DNA of 64,000 bases from IMG/VR virus record IMGVR_UViG_3300003430_000799. The stretch is one strand, 5' to 3'. The translations under genes were made by a program, and so were the position numbers. The notes under the pieces are model-generated. The model did not search any database. It was not told where the DNA came from and saw nothing but the letters and a program-made list of their open reading frames with translations. This DNA comes from a virus. Shown piece after piece: positions 20,810-31,057 of this stretch (positions within the stretch are counted from its first letter, which is position 1; every line of letters begins with the position of its first letter).

Positions 20810-20964
20810 AAATGTATTTGATTAATTAATTCCGTAAAATTAATACATTATTTTCAAATTCTCAAATTTTTTTTCAAAAAAGGGGTTGGGGATTTATTAC
20901 GACCGAAGGGAGAGAAAAAAAATATCCCCAATCCTAATATAAGAAATGGGGAATAATATCTTAG

Positions 20965-21846
20965 TTATAAATTTTTATAAATCATATTAAATATTTTACT
21001 CATTAAAATTTCAAGGGGTAAATTTATCTTTAAATTTATTGTGTCCGACCTTAGTTCTTCTTTATTGAAACGTTTAGAATAATATTTAATGTAACTCTCC
21101 AAGAACATATTAAAATAATATTTAAGGTCAGTTTCTTTTATTTTATGGAATATTTGATAATTATTTTTTTCCATCTCTTTATCCATAATTTTGAATATCT
21201 CATCAATATAGTTTTTACCCTTTAATTTTTCAAATAATTGTTCATCAACCAAATCACTAACAATATAGTCATTATATAATCTCTCAAGTATAGTTTTTGT
21301 ATGCTCCCAATCATAAATTTTTTGTGTCAATTCATCCTCTATTTCTTGACCACTATATGTCGGTGCCATATTATATAAATCATTAGGAAAATTTTCATTA
21401 ATGTATGTATCCAATTTTTTAGACGTGAAATCTATGGCTTCCTTTAATTGCTCAAAATTAGAATATGTCCTTTTTTCATCATATCTGAATATAACCAATT
21501 TTTTGGGGTATTTCATAATTATTTTTTTACCCTCAATACTAGCCAAATTTTCTTTTATAATATTTTCAATATTTTCATCGTCAAATTCTATATAAGCTTC
21601 ATTAAAAAGTCTAATTATTGTTTCATTTATATATTCAACATAATCCTGGAGAAACATTTCACTATTCATTGAATAATTACTTGTTCGTTTTTTTGAAAGA
21701 AATACTTGTAATTCTTGAATAATTAACTCTTTTACTGTTTTACCATAATCCCATAATCCTTTACCAATACTTCTAACTTTTGGTTTTTTCTTATAAAACT
21801 CCTTAATAATTCTCTGAAGTTGTTGTTCACTAATAATAATTTTCAT
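20965..21846 (-). CDS. Hypothetical protein, MKIIISEQQL leader
   Basis: Leader family. Confidence 0.8.
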   Translation of the reverse strand: MKIIISEQQLQRIIKEFYKKKPKVRSIGKGLWDYGKTVKELIIQELQVFLSKKRTSNYSMNSEMFLQDYVEYINETIIRLFNEAYIEFDDENIENIIKENLASIEGKKIIMKYPKKLVIFRYDEKRTYSNFEQLKEAIDFTSKKLDTYINENFPNDLYNMAPTYSGQEIEDELTQKIYDWEHTKTILERLYNDYIVSDLVDEQLFEKLKGKNYIDEIFKIMDKEMEKNNYQIFHKIKETDLKYYFNMFLESYIKYYSKRFNKEELRSDTINLKINLPLEILMSKIFNMIYKNL

Positions 21847-21915
21847 AAATTAATTTTAATATAAATATATCAATTTAAAAAGGGGTTGGGGATTGATTAC
21901 GACCGAAGGGAGAAT

Positions 21916-22344
21916 TTATTTATCCCAAAATTTTTTATCTTTATTTCTTTTAAGCATTTTTTTATACCTTATAACCTCATCAACATTTACAAATCTAAAC
22001 CCATTGTATTCAAATGATTTATTATCAATCAAATCATCAATGTCAAATCCTGCCCAATTATTAAAAAATTCAATATCTTCAGTCCTATATTCATCATTAT
22101 CCCCAAATATCCATTTTGATGGTTTTATTATCACATCCAAATCATTCACATCATCCAACAACCCCTTAACAACTAATGGTGCAGAACCAAATATGGCATA
22201 ATCCCCATCCTCTAAACCATACCCCTTTAACTCATTCAATAGATATTTCAATCGCTCCCTAACCCCATCTTCCTTAATCTCATATATTAACTTATCAACC
22301 AATTTAACCAATTCACCCTCAGTTAATCTTATAATTCTTTTCAT
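21916..22344 (-). CDS. Leader + Pol-beta-superfamily nucleotidyltransferase-like domain
   Basis: AIFGSAPL...DVNDLDVII (GS...DxD). Confidence 0.7.
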   Translation of the reverse strand: MKRIIRLTEGELVKLVDKLIYEIKEDGVRERLKYLLNELKGYGLEDGDYAIFGSAPLVVKGLLDDVNDLDVIIKPSKWIFGDNDEYRTEDIEFFNNWAGFDIDDLIDNKSFEYNGFRFVNVDEVIRYKKMLKRNKDKKFWDK

Positions 22345-22420
22345 TATCTAATTTTTAATATAAATATATCAATTTAAAAAGGGGTTGGGGTTTGATATCG
22401 AGTATAACGAGAAAATGTTT

Positions 22421-22897
22421 TTACAAATTATCACAAACCAATTTAATTAATTTAATATACTCATCCAATGATAAATTATTTTTGGAATTATTAACAAATT
22501 TAGTTACAATAATAGTATTCTCAATTGTATATCCCAACTCACTATCCAACCTATCTAATGAAATTGAATTCCAATCATTCTCTTTGTATGATAATGGTTG
22601 TTTTGATATATAACATAAATTATTTTGTTCCTTGAGTTTGTCCTCAATAATCTTATCTGTCAGTTGAAAATCCAAGTTATTTCTTTTAGCTCTATGTTTT
22701 GCACTCTCAACCCTATAATGTATCAAATTATTTCCTCTCCACTTTTTCTGTTTTTCAATATATTCCTCTTTATCTATATTATTTTTGTAATTTAACGACA
22801 AACAAGTTTTACACTTGTTTTTTCTGCTTGAATAAAATAATGATGGAGTTTTTTCCCCACATATTATACAACAATGTTCATTTATATTTCTTCCCAT
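22421..22897 (-). CDS. HNH-like endonuclease with N-terminal Zn finger
   Basis: CIICG..CKTC; SISLDRLDSELGY..EN...VNNSKN. Confidence 0.75.
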   Translation of the reverse strand: MGRNINEHCCIICGEKTPSLFYSSRKNKCKTCLSLNYKNNIDKEEYIEKQKKWRGNNLIHYRVESAKHRAKRNNLDFQLTDKIIEDKLKEQNNLCYISKQPLSYKENDWNSISLDRLDSELGYTIENTIIVTKFVNNSKNNLSLDEYIKLIKLVCDNL

Positions 22898-22921
22898 ATA
22901 TATAAATATCACAAAAAACAT

Positions 22922-23460
22922 TTTATTGTTTTTTTTCTAAAATTTGTAATTTTTCTCCAGAAATTTTTTTTTACATTTTCACTTATATAAGGGGTGACTT
23001 ACTTTTTACCCAAAATTTTTTTTCATATATGGGTATTTCCCAATTTTCCAAAATTTTTACCATAAATTTTTTTTACCCCATATACTTTATTTAGGGGATT
23101 GTCCCCCCTATATACGAAGAAAACAGGGGAGGGAGCAAGGGGGGATACGTAGGAGGGGAGGGGTCTATAAGGTAATATGGGACTACAGGGGGGAGCATCC
23201 CCCTATTTTCAAGGTTCAAAGTCAAAAAAGTAATAGCTCCCTCCCTGTGTCAAATTAAACCCTATGACATTTTGACATAGTCCTCCCTCCTTCGTATATG
23301 TTATGGATTGTATATATGGGGGACTGACAGAATGACAAAGGAGGGATTAGATGTATTACGTATATGGGGGACTGACAATATGACATGGGGAACACCTTCG
23401 TATATGTTATGGATTGTATACATCCCCAACTGACATTATGACAGAATAAAAAGATTAATA
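22922..23460. other. Non-coding, repeat-rich strand-switch region; candidate replication origin
   Basis: Genes diverge here and G/C skew flips; G-tracts; TGACA repeats; 26-bp direct repeat at 23289-23314 and 23395-23420. Confidence 0.5.
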
Positions 23461-23464
23461 AATG

Positions 23465-23496
23465 TTTGGTGGTGTGATGGGGAATGATTATCTTTG
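23465..23496 (+). promoter_or_regulatory. Bacteroidota sigma70-type promoter
   Basis: TTTG-N20-TATCTTTG. Confidence 0.75.
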
Positions 23497-23517
23497 TGTA
23501 ACAAAATAATTCCTTAT

Positions 23518-23889
23518 ATGATTGAGAACGTTGTTAAGAAATACTTCAAGGGTAAGACATATGATGCGATTGGTTGTGGGTTCACCATTACCTATAAGGT
23601 TAATGTTAATACTAGAGAGGTTAAGACAGTTGCTGGACATTCATTCAAGTGTATTGACTTGAATATAAAGATTATTAATTGTAGTAACGCATACAACCCC
23701 AATAGTATGGGTAATATCTTTCATACATATAGAAGGAGTAATTGGATGTATAATGATGTAAGGATGGTAGTTAGGGAAGATTTGAATAGATGGTTTGGTT
23801 GTATCTTCTCCACTTACTTTTATAGAGATGTTAGTACTAGGTTATGTGATAATGTTAATATTAAGTTGAATAAGTTTACTTACAAATAA
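23518..23889 (+). CDS. Hypothetical protein
   Basis: ATG 23518 follows the promoter. Confidence 0.7.
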   Translation: MIENVVKKYFKGKTYDAIGCGFTITYKVNVNTREVKTVAGHSFKCIDLNIKIINCSNAYNPNSMGNIFHTYRRSNWMYNDVRMVVREDLNRWFGCIFSTYFYRDVSTRLCDNVNIKLNKFTYK

Positions 23890-23967
23890 TACCATTGGGG
23901 AACTAAATGGTGTGGTGAATCGTTATATTATTGTAATGATTATTCACCCACCTATAATACAACTGAT

Positions 23968-24366
23968 ATGATATACGCTAATGATAGACTTGAAGGGATG
24001 ACCAAGTACAAGGTTAATAAGATTAAGGATAAGGTTATGGAGTATTGTGTTAATGCTCTTGGGTATAGAAAGACATTGGGTATCAGTGGGATAACTTTAT
24101 CATATATTGAGTGTGATGATTGGGGAATGTATGACCCTGACACCCACCACATCTATGTGTATATGAATAACATTAAGACTGTTAGTGATTTAACTAGAAC
24201 TATTATCCACGAGTATACCCACTCTGTCCAGGATATTAGTAAGTCATATACTAAACTATATAAGAAGTTTGGGTATGAGAACCACCCAATGGAGATTGAG
24301 GCTTATGGTAATGAGAAGGTTTACAATAGGAAGGTATTGAACTATCTTCGTAGGGAACTAAAATAG
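23968..24366 (+). CDS. HExxH zinc-metallopeptidase-like protein
   Basis: WGMYD, TIIHEYTHSVQ, NHPMEIEA. Confidence 0.75.
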   Translation: MIYANDRLEGMTKYKVNKIKDKVMEYCVNALGYRKTLGISGITLSYIECDDWGMYDPDTHHIYVYMNNIKTVSDLTRTIIHEYTHSVQDISKSYTKLYKKFGYENHPMEIEAYGNEKVYNRKVLNYLRRELK

Positions 24367-24372
24367 ATTATT

Positions 24373-24525
24373 ATGTTGTATATTATTGCTTGGGTATTGG
24401 TTATTGTTGGAGGGGTTGCTTTATTCCTCTACACTGGGGAACTTATTAGTAACAAGTATCCCCAATCTTGGTTTGCTGATATGTGGAGGTCTCATATATC
24501 GGATATAGACCCTGATGACAGGTGA
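24373..24525 (+). CDS. Small membrane protein, 50 aa (below cutoff)
   Basis: MLYIIAWVLVIVGGVALFLYTGELISNKYPQSWFADMWRSHISDIDPDDR; terminator at about 24577-24606. Confidence 0.65.
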   Translation: MLYIIAWVLVIVGGVALFLYTGELISNKYPQSWFADMWRSHISDIDPDDR

Positions 24526-25541
24526 GTAGTTAGTTTATTTAGAGAGTCAGTTCGTATTTCGAATTGAAGATTAAAGAAGTCCCCCTCGGTGAGTGGGGAT
24601 TTTTTGTTTATGTCAGATATGATGTCATTCATATTACAATAAGATAACACGTATATTGGTTTGGGTTGTAACTTGGAGGTGTATATTGTGTATATACAAG
24701 TCCCACTTATATCATCCTGACAATATGTCACCACATATCTTTCGTTTATTTGAGATATTGTGGTGGGGATGTTGGTTAAAAACTGGTTCATAATTTAGTA
24801 TATTTGGGTCTGACACTATGTCAGTCGTTAATTTTTATGTTAAAATTGTTAAAAAATTTGGAAATGTCATTGTGTCAGGTGGAGGGGACAATCCCTTTAC
24901 CCACTTTTAAACAAATGATTTCCCACTTCTTCCCACAATTATCCACCAATAAATAGTGTTAATGATAGCTAAAACGTAATTTTTTGTGTCTGGAGGTATC
25001 ATTAGAGGTATTTTTTTTACTATATACATTTCTCAGAGAAAAAAGTTTGTTATCTTTGAGGGTTGGGTGGGACACATAGTGTCTTAGGAATAGGACTAAT
25101 ATAGAGTATAATATGAATACTTCAACCCCATCTTTGATGGATATGATAATGTTTAAATGATTATACAAATGAGTCTTATAGTGTTCATATAATTGGGCAT
25201 AATGAAATCCATTGATAATAACCCTTGTAATAATTTACCATAAAATATCATTGAAATAGACGATAGTCTAATATATCGTTGATATTGATGATAAATTACG
25301 ATTGTGGAGGATTTAATTACACTTACCATATATGGAGTCGGAGACGTATGAGAAAGTGTTGTGGTGAGGAAATGTGAGGGTTATATAAAGGATTACCAAA
25401 TAATAATGGGGAATTGGATTATGAGCGGAATGAATAGTGGAACGGAGTGGAGCGGTTCACCCACTGAAGGTGGGGGAAATGAAATGGGAGTGAGTAATTT
25501 AATTCCCCATTATTGTATTTATATGATAAAAGAAATATAAT

Positions 25542-26102
25542 ATGAAAATAATAATAACTGAAGAACAATTAAGATTGATTATTGAAAATGAGGGTGGGGG
25601 TAATTTAATGGATTTCACTAAAATACCTAAAATTGGATTACCATATAATAAATGGGATAGTTACTTTTTGTTTATGAATAAGAAGAATGGGGGTAACTAT
25701 GATGGGTATTATATTGATGGTAACCTTGATTTAAGAAAATACAATATGGATGATTATATTGATGATTTTAATTTTGACTATGAGGAAGACAGGCCATTTG
25801 GATTTGAGTATTTGGTTAGGGTGAATGGTTTTTTACATTTAAGGAATAGTGAGATTAGTGATTTGAGTAATTTGAAATATGTGGAAAGTTATTTGAATAT
25901 TAATAATACTAAGATTGATAGGTTGCCTGAGTTGGAATATGTTGGTGGTGGATTTGCGATGGAAAATACTGAGATAAGTGAGTTACCAAAATTAAAATAT
26001 GTTGGTGGTGTATTGTCTATATCAGGTAGTCCACTAGTGAAAGATTATGATAAACTAAGGGAAACAAACCCACAGGTTTGGAAAAAAATAAATAGAGGTT
26101 AA
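25542..26102 (+). CDS. Leader-array gene 1: LRR-like 20-aa repeat protein
   Basis: MKIIITEEQL; LPELEYVGG repeats. Confidence 0.85.
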   Translation: MKIIITEEQLRLIIENEGGGNLMDFTKIPKIGLPYNKWDSYFLFMNKKNGGNYDGYYIDGNLDLRKYNMDDYIDDFNFDYEEDRPFGFEYLVRVNGFLHLRNSEISDLSNLKYVESYLNINNTKIDRLPELEYVGGGFAMENTEISELPKLKYVGGVLSISGSPLVKDYDKLRETNPQVWKKINRG

Positions 26103-26103
26103 T

Positions 26104-26511
26104 ATGAAAATAATAATTAATGAGAATCAGTATAAACTTCTTTTGGAGAACTATTTAGAAATCTTAAAAAATAATTCATTGCTGGATTCTACAGGAATTG
26201 AAGGAAGGTTCTTAAACAAGAGACAAGCTAAAGAATTGGAAAATGAAATAGTAAGTAACTATTCAGATGAACTTAAATTCGGAAAAGAAGATAATGATAT
26301 AAGAAGAAATATTTTTAATATTGATAATCCGCTTGCTGAAAAAACTATCAATGGTGTAACATTAAAAATTGTAGAAGGTTTGATTAAAAATAAGCGAAAA
26401 ACTTATCTTTTATATGCTGATAATCAATTGATAGGTGAATTTTATTCTGTAAAAGATATAAAAAATATCGTAGACTTTTTAGAAAGTAAATTAATTAAAA
26501 ATTTAAAATGA
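26104..26511 (+). CDS. Leader-array gene 2: hypothetical
   Basis: MKIIINENQY. Confidence 0.8.
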   Translation: MKIIINENQYKLLLENYLEILKNNSLLDSTGIEGRFLNKRQAKELENEIVSNYSDELKFGKEDNDIRRNIFNIDNPLAEKTINGVTLKIVEGLIKNKRKTYLLYADNQLIGEFYSVKDIKNIVDFLESKLIKNLK

Positions 26512-26520
26512 AATTGAGTT

Positions 26521-27024
26521 ATGAAAGTAATAATTAGTGAGGAACAATTAAGATTGATTATTGAATCTGAGGATAAAAGAAAATTATTTAGAGTCCCTGT
26601 GGATTTTTTAATAAATCACACTAATGCTATACTAAACAATTACAAGAAGAAAGGGTTTGATGGGATTATAGTTGAGGGTGAGTTGGATTTGAGTGAATCT
26701 GATTTGAACTTAATTGAAAATCTATTAGATAATATTGTTAAAGTTGAGGGTTATTTGAGTTTACAAAATTCGCAAATAACATCATTGGGTAAATTAGAAG
26801 AAGTTAAAGGTTATTTGGATTTAATTAAATGTACAAAATTAACAGATTTGGGTAATTTAATTTCAGTTGGGGCTTTGAATTTAAGATTTGTACCAATTAC
26901 ATCTTTGGGTAAATTAAAAGAAGTTAGGGGAACTTTATATATTGAAGATTGTCCCCTCGCTAAATTAAGTGATGAGGAGATTAGAAGTCAGGTAGAAATA
27001 AAAAGAAAAATATATAGAGGTTAA
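26521..27024 (+). CDS. Leader-array gene 3: LRR-like repeat protein
   Basis: MKVIISEEQL; ITSLGKLEEVKGYL repeats. Confidence 0.85.
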   Translation: MKVIISEEQLRLIIESEDKRKLFRVPVDFLINHTNAILNNYKKKGFDGIIVEGELDLSESDLNLIENLLDNIVKVEGYLSLQNSQITSLGKLEEVKGYLDLIKCTKLTDLGNLISVGALNLRFVPITSLGKLKEVRGTLYIEDCPLAKLSDEEIRSQVEIKRKIYRG

Positions 27025-27025
27025 T

Positions 27026-27466
27026 ATGAAAGTAATAATTAGTGAAGAACAATTAAGACAGATTATTGAATCTGAGAATGAAAGGAAGTTATTAAATGTT
27101 CCAGGTAACTTATTTTATAATAAGGCTTATGAAATTTTGAATAACTATAAGAAGAAGGGGTTTGATGGTATTAAAGTACTTGGGGGTCTAAGTTATAACA
27201 AAGAATACACGGATTTTGATATAATATTTGATAATGTAGTTGAGGTTGGGGATTATTTGGATTTGAACTATACCAATATTAAATCATTGGGTAATTTGGA
27301 GTATGTCGGTGGTAATTTATATCTTGCTCATTGTAGAAAAATAAAATCATTAGGTAAATTAAAATATGTTGGTGAGAATTTATTTATCGATAGTTGTCCC
27401 CTCGCTAAATTAAGTGATGAGGAGATTAAAAGTCAGATAGAGATAAAAGGAAAAATATATAGATAA
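27026..27466 (+). CDS. Leader-array gene 4: LRR-like repeat protein
   Basis: Paralog of gene 3; near-identical 3' ~70 bp. Confidence 0.85.
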   Translation: MKVIISEEQLRQIIESENERKLLNVPGNLFYNKAYEILNNYKKKGFDGIKVLGGLSYNKEYTDFDIIFDNVVEVGDYLDLNYTNIKSLGNLEYVGGNLYLAHCRKIKSLGKLKYVGENLFIDSCPLAKLSDEEIKSQIEIKGKIYR

Positions 27467-27467
27467 T

Positions 27468-28016
27468 ATGAAAATAATAATTAGTGAGGAACAATTGGAT
27501 AAGATGAAATCCAAATTAATGGGTTTGGTTAATAAGGAGGGATTTGATGGTACTGCTAAGATGTTGGGTATATCTAAACTTAAGTTATTTAAGTTGGTTG
27601 ATTATGGTATTGAGGAATTGGGTATTTATAATTTATTTCCCATTATGGTTGAGGAGAATAATGTATATAAGGGATGTGAGATTACAGTTGATTATTTTGA
27701 GGAGGGTTATCGTATTGATTGGTTGTATGAAATGGATATTGATGGTGGTAAGTTATTTGTTGTATCTATTGCGACACCTGATTTTGATGAAGGTATGGTA
27801 TATGTGGATAATAGTCATTCATTTGTGGAAGGTGGTATTATTAATTTTCAGAGTTACAATAATGGACTTGATTATAAGGTTAAAACGATTAGTTATGATA
27901 TTCCCACCGAATTTGGTAGTATTGATGAAATGATGAATTGGTATAATAATGAATATCTTCCGAAGACATATGAGATAATAAAAAGACAAGCTAAAGAGAT
28001 AGGTACACAAATATGA
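27468..28016 (+). CDS. Leader-array gene 5: acidic paralog family B
   Basis: YKGCEI...IPTEF...WY.NEY.PKTY. Confidence 0.85.
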   Translation: MKIIISEEQLDKMKSKLMGLVNKEGFDGTAKMLGISKLKLFKLVDYGIEELGIYNLFPIMVEENNVYKGCEITVDYFEEGYRIDWLYEMDIDGGKLFVVSIATPDFDEGMVYVDNSHSFVEGGIINFQSYNNGLDYKVKTISYDIPTEFGSIDEMMNWYNNEYLPKTYEIIKRQAKEIGTQI

Positions 28017-28579
28017 AAGTAATAATTAGTGAAGAACAATTGGATAAGATGAAATCTAAATTGATGGGTCTTATAGATAAGATGGGATTTTTGAATACTG
28101 CTGAGATGTTGGGGGTATCAGAAATTAAGTTATTGGGAATGATTGACTATGATATTAGTGGAATAACGTTATTTGACTTATTTCCAGTATTGGTTGATAT
28201 AAAGAAGGAATATAAGGGTTGTGAGATTGTGGTTGATTGGTATAAGGATGATGATTATGGTGTTTATTGGGTATATAATGAACAAGTAGGTAATTATCAA
28301 ATAAATTGTATTACAATGGCTTTTCCTGAGTTTCCTATTGGTAAAATATATGTTGAGAATGCTCATTGTTGGGTTGATAATAATTTAGAGATAAGTGATT
28401 TTAATAATAAAATTGATTATGATGTAGAGACAATTAATTATGAAATTCCCACCAAATTTGATAGTTGGGATGATATGGTTAAATGGTATGAGAATGAGTA
28501 TTTTCCAAAAACATATAAGATAATCGAAAAACAAGCGTTTGAAATAATTAAACAATTAAAACTAAAGAATAAAATCTAA
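28013..28579 (+). CDS. Leader-array gene 6: acidic paralog family B
   Basis: Paralog of gene 5. Confidence 0.85.
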   Translation: MKVIISEEQLDKMKSKLMGLIDKMGFLNTAEMLGVSEIKLLGMIDYDISGITLFDLFPVLVDIKKEYKGCEIVVDWYKDDDYGVYWVYNEQVGNYQINCITMAFPEFPIGKIYVENAHCWVDNNLEISDFNNKIDYDVETINYEIPTKFDSWDDMVKWYENEYFPKTYKIIEKQAFEIIKQLKLKNKI

Positions 28580-29037
28580 TGAGAATAATAATTAATGAGG
28601 AACAATTAAGATTGATTATTGAATCTGAAAGTAAGGATAATTTATTTTCTATTCCTGTTGGGTTTTTGATGGACTATACTGATTCGATATTGGATAACTA
28701 TAAGAATAAAAAAGATTATGATGGGATTAGAGTTGAGGGTAGTTTGCATCTGGATAAATTACCTGAAGATGTAATAAATAAGATACTTGGAGAGGTGGTT
28801 GAGGTTGATGGATTTATTAATTTGCAAGATAAAGATATTGAGTCATTGGGTAAATTGAAAAGGGTTACAGGTTCATTGGTGTTAATTCGTTGCAAAAAGT
28901 TGGAATCATTTGGTAATTTGGAATATGTTGGGTTGAACTTGGTTATTACCAATACACCCCTTTCTAAATTTAGTAAGGATGAAATAGCGGAAATGGTTGA
29001 TGTGGATAGAGATAGAATAATTAAAACAGGATTATAA
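28579..29037 (+). CDS. Leader-array gene 7: LRR-like repeat protein
   Basis: MRIIINEEQL; IESLGKLKRVTGSL. Confidence 0.85.
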   Translation: MRIIINEEQLRLIIESESKDNLFSIPVGFLMDYTDSILDNYKNKKDYDGIRVEGSLHLDKLPEDVINKILGEVVEVDGFINLQDKDIESLGKLKRVTGSLVLIRCKKLESFGNLEYVGLNLVITNTPLSKFSKDEIAEMVDVDRDRIIKTGL

Positions 29038-29038
29038 T

Positions 29039-29401
29039 ATGAAAATAATAATTAGTGAGAGCAAATTTGAAAAGTCGATTCAGAAAAAATTGGATGAGAC
29101 TTTGAGCTATTTAAAGATGGACGCTGAAGCTAATCCAAAAGATTATACCAAATTATTTTCTGAAAACATTGGCAATGTTGATGGAATTAAAGTTATGAGT
29201 ATTGATGTTTTGAAAGTACCAGAACTTAAATTTGATATTGAGGTTGAGGTTATTCTTGACAATGACATTCCTTTTGATAAGTGGGATACTATTGATATAA
29301 TATTAAAGGAAATTGTTTGGAGTATTAAAAATGATTTAATGATTAAATTAAAACTTAGTTTGGGTAACTTAACAATAAACAATAAAATGACTGATTGGTA
29401 A
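29039..29401 (+). CDS. Leader-array gene 8: hypothetical
   Basis: MKIIISESKF; weak similarity to the 31572 gene (C-terminal W). Confidence 0.8.
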   Translation: MKIIISESKFEKSIQKKLDETLSYLKMDAEANPKDYTKLFSENIGNVDGIKVMSIDVLKVPELKFDIEVEVILDNDIPFDKWDTIDIILKEIVWSIKNDLMIKLKLSLGNLTINNKMTDW

Positions 29402-29402
29402 T

Positions 29403-29945
29403 ATGAGAATAATAATTAGTGAAGAACAATTTGATAAGTATCAACAGAAGATGTTGGATGCAATTAATAAGTATGGATTTTCGGATGCTGTTAATATATT
29501 GGGTATTAATAGTATGAGGTTGGCACAATTAACTAATATTCCTATAAAGGGTGATACATTTTTTAAACATAATGAAGCTGTTGTTGGTCAATTATTAAAA
29601 GATTTGGTTGATATCAATGATGTATATAATGGATGTGAATTGGATTATGATTATTCGGAGGGTACAATTGCTTGGCGATGTAATTTTGATGACAAATATT
29701 ATACAAATACTTATGCCACCCCTTATTATACCAATAACGATTCAACTCCTATTGAAACTATAGGATTTATGGTGGATGATAACGATTATTTTGATATTGA
29801 TGGTTATCTTAAAGAGATGAAGAGTCCAACTGAGTTTAAGAATGTTGATGAATTAATTAGTTGGTTTGAGAATGAATATAAACCTACAGTATATAAAACA
29901 ATAAAGAGACATCTTAAACAATTTAAGGAGAAATATAATTTATGA
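29403..29945 (+). CDS. Leader-array gene 9: acidic paralog family B
   Basis: YNGCEL...PTEF...WFENEYKPTVY. Confidence 0.85.
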   Translation: MRIIISEEQFDKYQQKMLDAINKYGFSDAVNILGINSMRLAQLTNIPIKGDTFFKHNEAVVGQLLKDLVDINDVYNGCELDYDYSEGTIAWRCNFDDKYYTNTYATPYYTNNDSTPIETIGFMVDDNDYFDIDGYLKEMKSPTEFKNVDELISWFENEYKPTVYKTIKRHLKQFKEKYNL

Positions 29946-30697
29946 AAATAATAATAAGTGAAAATCAATTGAAACAGATTATTGAATCTGAGAATATGAA
30001 GAAACTATTAAGTATTCCTACTGAATTATTTTATAATAAGGTGGATGCTATTTTGGATAACTACAAGAAGAAAGGATTTGATGGTATTAAGTTAGTTGGT
30101 GATGTTAATTTTAATTCAGTGTTCTATATGGATTTTGATAGAATATTTGAACACATAGTTGAGATTGATGGAAATTTGGATTTAGGACGTACCTCTATTG
30201 AAAGTTTGGGTAAACTTAAATATGTTGGTGGTAATTTGATGTTATATGACACATCAATTAAAAGTTTGGGTTCTTTGGAAGAAGTTGGTGGTTATTTGGA
30301 TGTATCTCATTCCAAAATTGAAGATTTGGGGAATTTAACTTCTGTTGGTGATTGGTTCGTATTATGGAAAGCACCTATTAAAAGTTTGGGTAAACTTAAA
30401 TCTGTTGGTAGTTATTTAGATTTACAAATGACCTCTATTGAAAGTTTGGGTGAATTAAAATCTGTTGGTGGTTATTTGTATTTATCTGATACCCCTATTG
30501 AAAGTTTGGGGGAATTAGAATCTGTTGGTGGTGGTTTGGCTTTAGAACGTACCCCTATTGAAAGTTTGGGTGAATTAAAATCTGTTGGTGGTGATTTGAC
30601 GTTAAATAAGACTCCACTTGGGGGAAGGTTAAAATCAAAGATGAGTAAAGATGAAATTAAAAATAAATTTGGAGTAAATGGTAATTTATATATATGA
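29942..30697 (+). CDS. Leader-array gene 10: LRR-like protein with 7 tandem 20-aa repeats
   Basis: (T/S/A)xIESLGxLKxVGGxLxLxx repeats. Confidence 0.9.
   Translation: MKIIISENQLKQIIESENMKKLLSIPTELFYNKVDAILDNYKKKGFDGIKLVGDVNFNSVFYMDFDRIFEHIVEIDGNLDLGRTSIESLGKLKYVGGNLMLYDTSIKSLGSLEEVGGYLDVSHSKIEDLGNLTSVGDWFVLWKAPIKSLGKLKSVGSYLDLQMTSIESLGELKSVGGYLYLSDTPIESLGELESVGGGLALERTPIESLGELKSVGGDLTLNKTPLGGRLKSKMSKDEIKNKFGVNGNLYI
30191..30610 (+). repeat. Seven imperfect tandem 60-bp repeats encoding LRR-like units
   Basis: Units start at 30191, 30251, 30311, 30371, 30431, 30491, 30551. Confidence 0.9.
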
Positions 30698-31041
30698 AAA
30701 TAATAATAACTGAAGAACAATATAATGAATTAACTGATTGGGATATCTATTCTCAGTTGAGTCCTTGGTCAAGAAGGAGGATGCAATATATTGATATTAA
30801 ATCATCATTGGAACGTCACATTAAAAGAAACACTAAAATGATTCTTGATAATCCTATTGAGGCAACTGAAGGACTTATATATAAAATAATTTGGGACACT
30901 ATTCCTCTTATTTGGAATGTTAATATGGAGGAAGATGAATTTGATAAATATTTTCGTGAAATATATCCATTAATAAATAAAAAGTATGGTGAATATATTC
31001 AATCTGAGGTTGACAGGATTTATGATGAGGAATGGGATTAA
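30694..31041 (+). CDS. Leader-array gene 11: hypothetical
   Basis: MKIIITEEQY; RRR module similar to the C-terminal half of the 33621 gene. Confidence 0.8.
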   Translation: MKIIITEEQYNELTDWDIYSQLSPWSRRRMQYIDIKSSLERHIKRNTKMILDNPIEATEGLIYKIIWDTIPLIWNVNMEEDEFDKYFREIYPLINKKYGEYIQSEVDRIYDEEWD

Positions 31042-31057
31042 TAATTTTGTTATATTG

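Larger units (their letters stand above)
20876..22391. repeat. Three copies of an intergenic element AAAAAGGGGTTGGGG(ATT.ATTACGACCGAAGGGAGA) at about 20876, 21877, 22376
   Basis: Copies 1 and 2 near-identical over ~38 bp; copies 2 and 3 share a further ~25 bp including the TATTTATA motif. Confidence 0.85.

Noticed and set aside
24492-25168. Minus-strand ORFs 24492..24791 and 24959..25168
   Set aside because: They run against local skew, overlap a terminator and repeat motifs, and show no protein-like features.
30191-30610. Diversity-generating retroelement behind the LRR variation
   Set aside because: No reverse transcriptase or template/variable repeat pair with adenine-specific differences is seen in the window.
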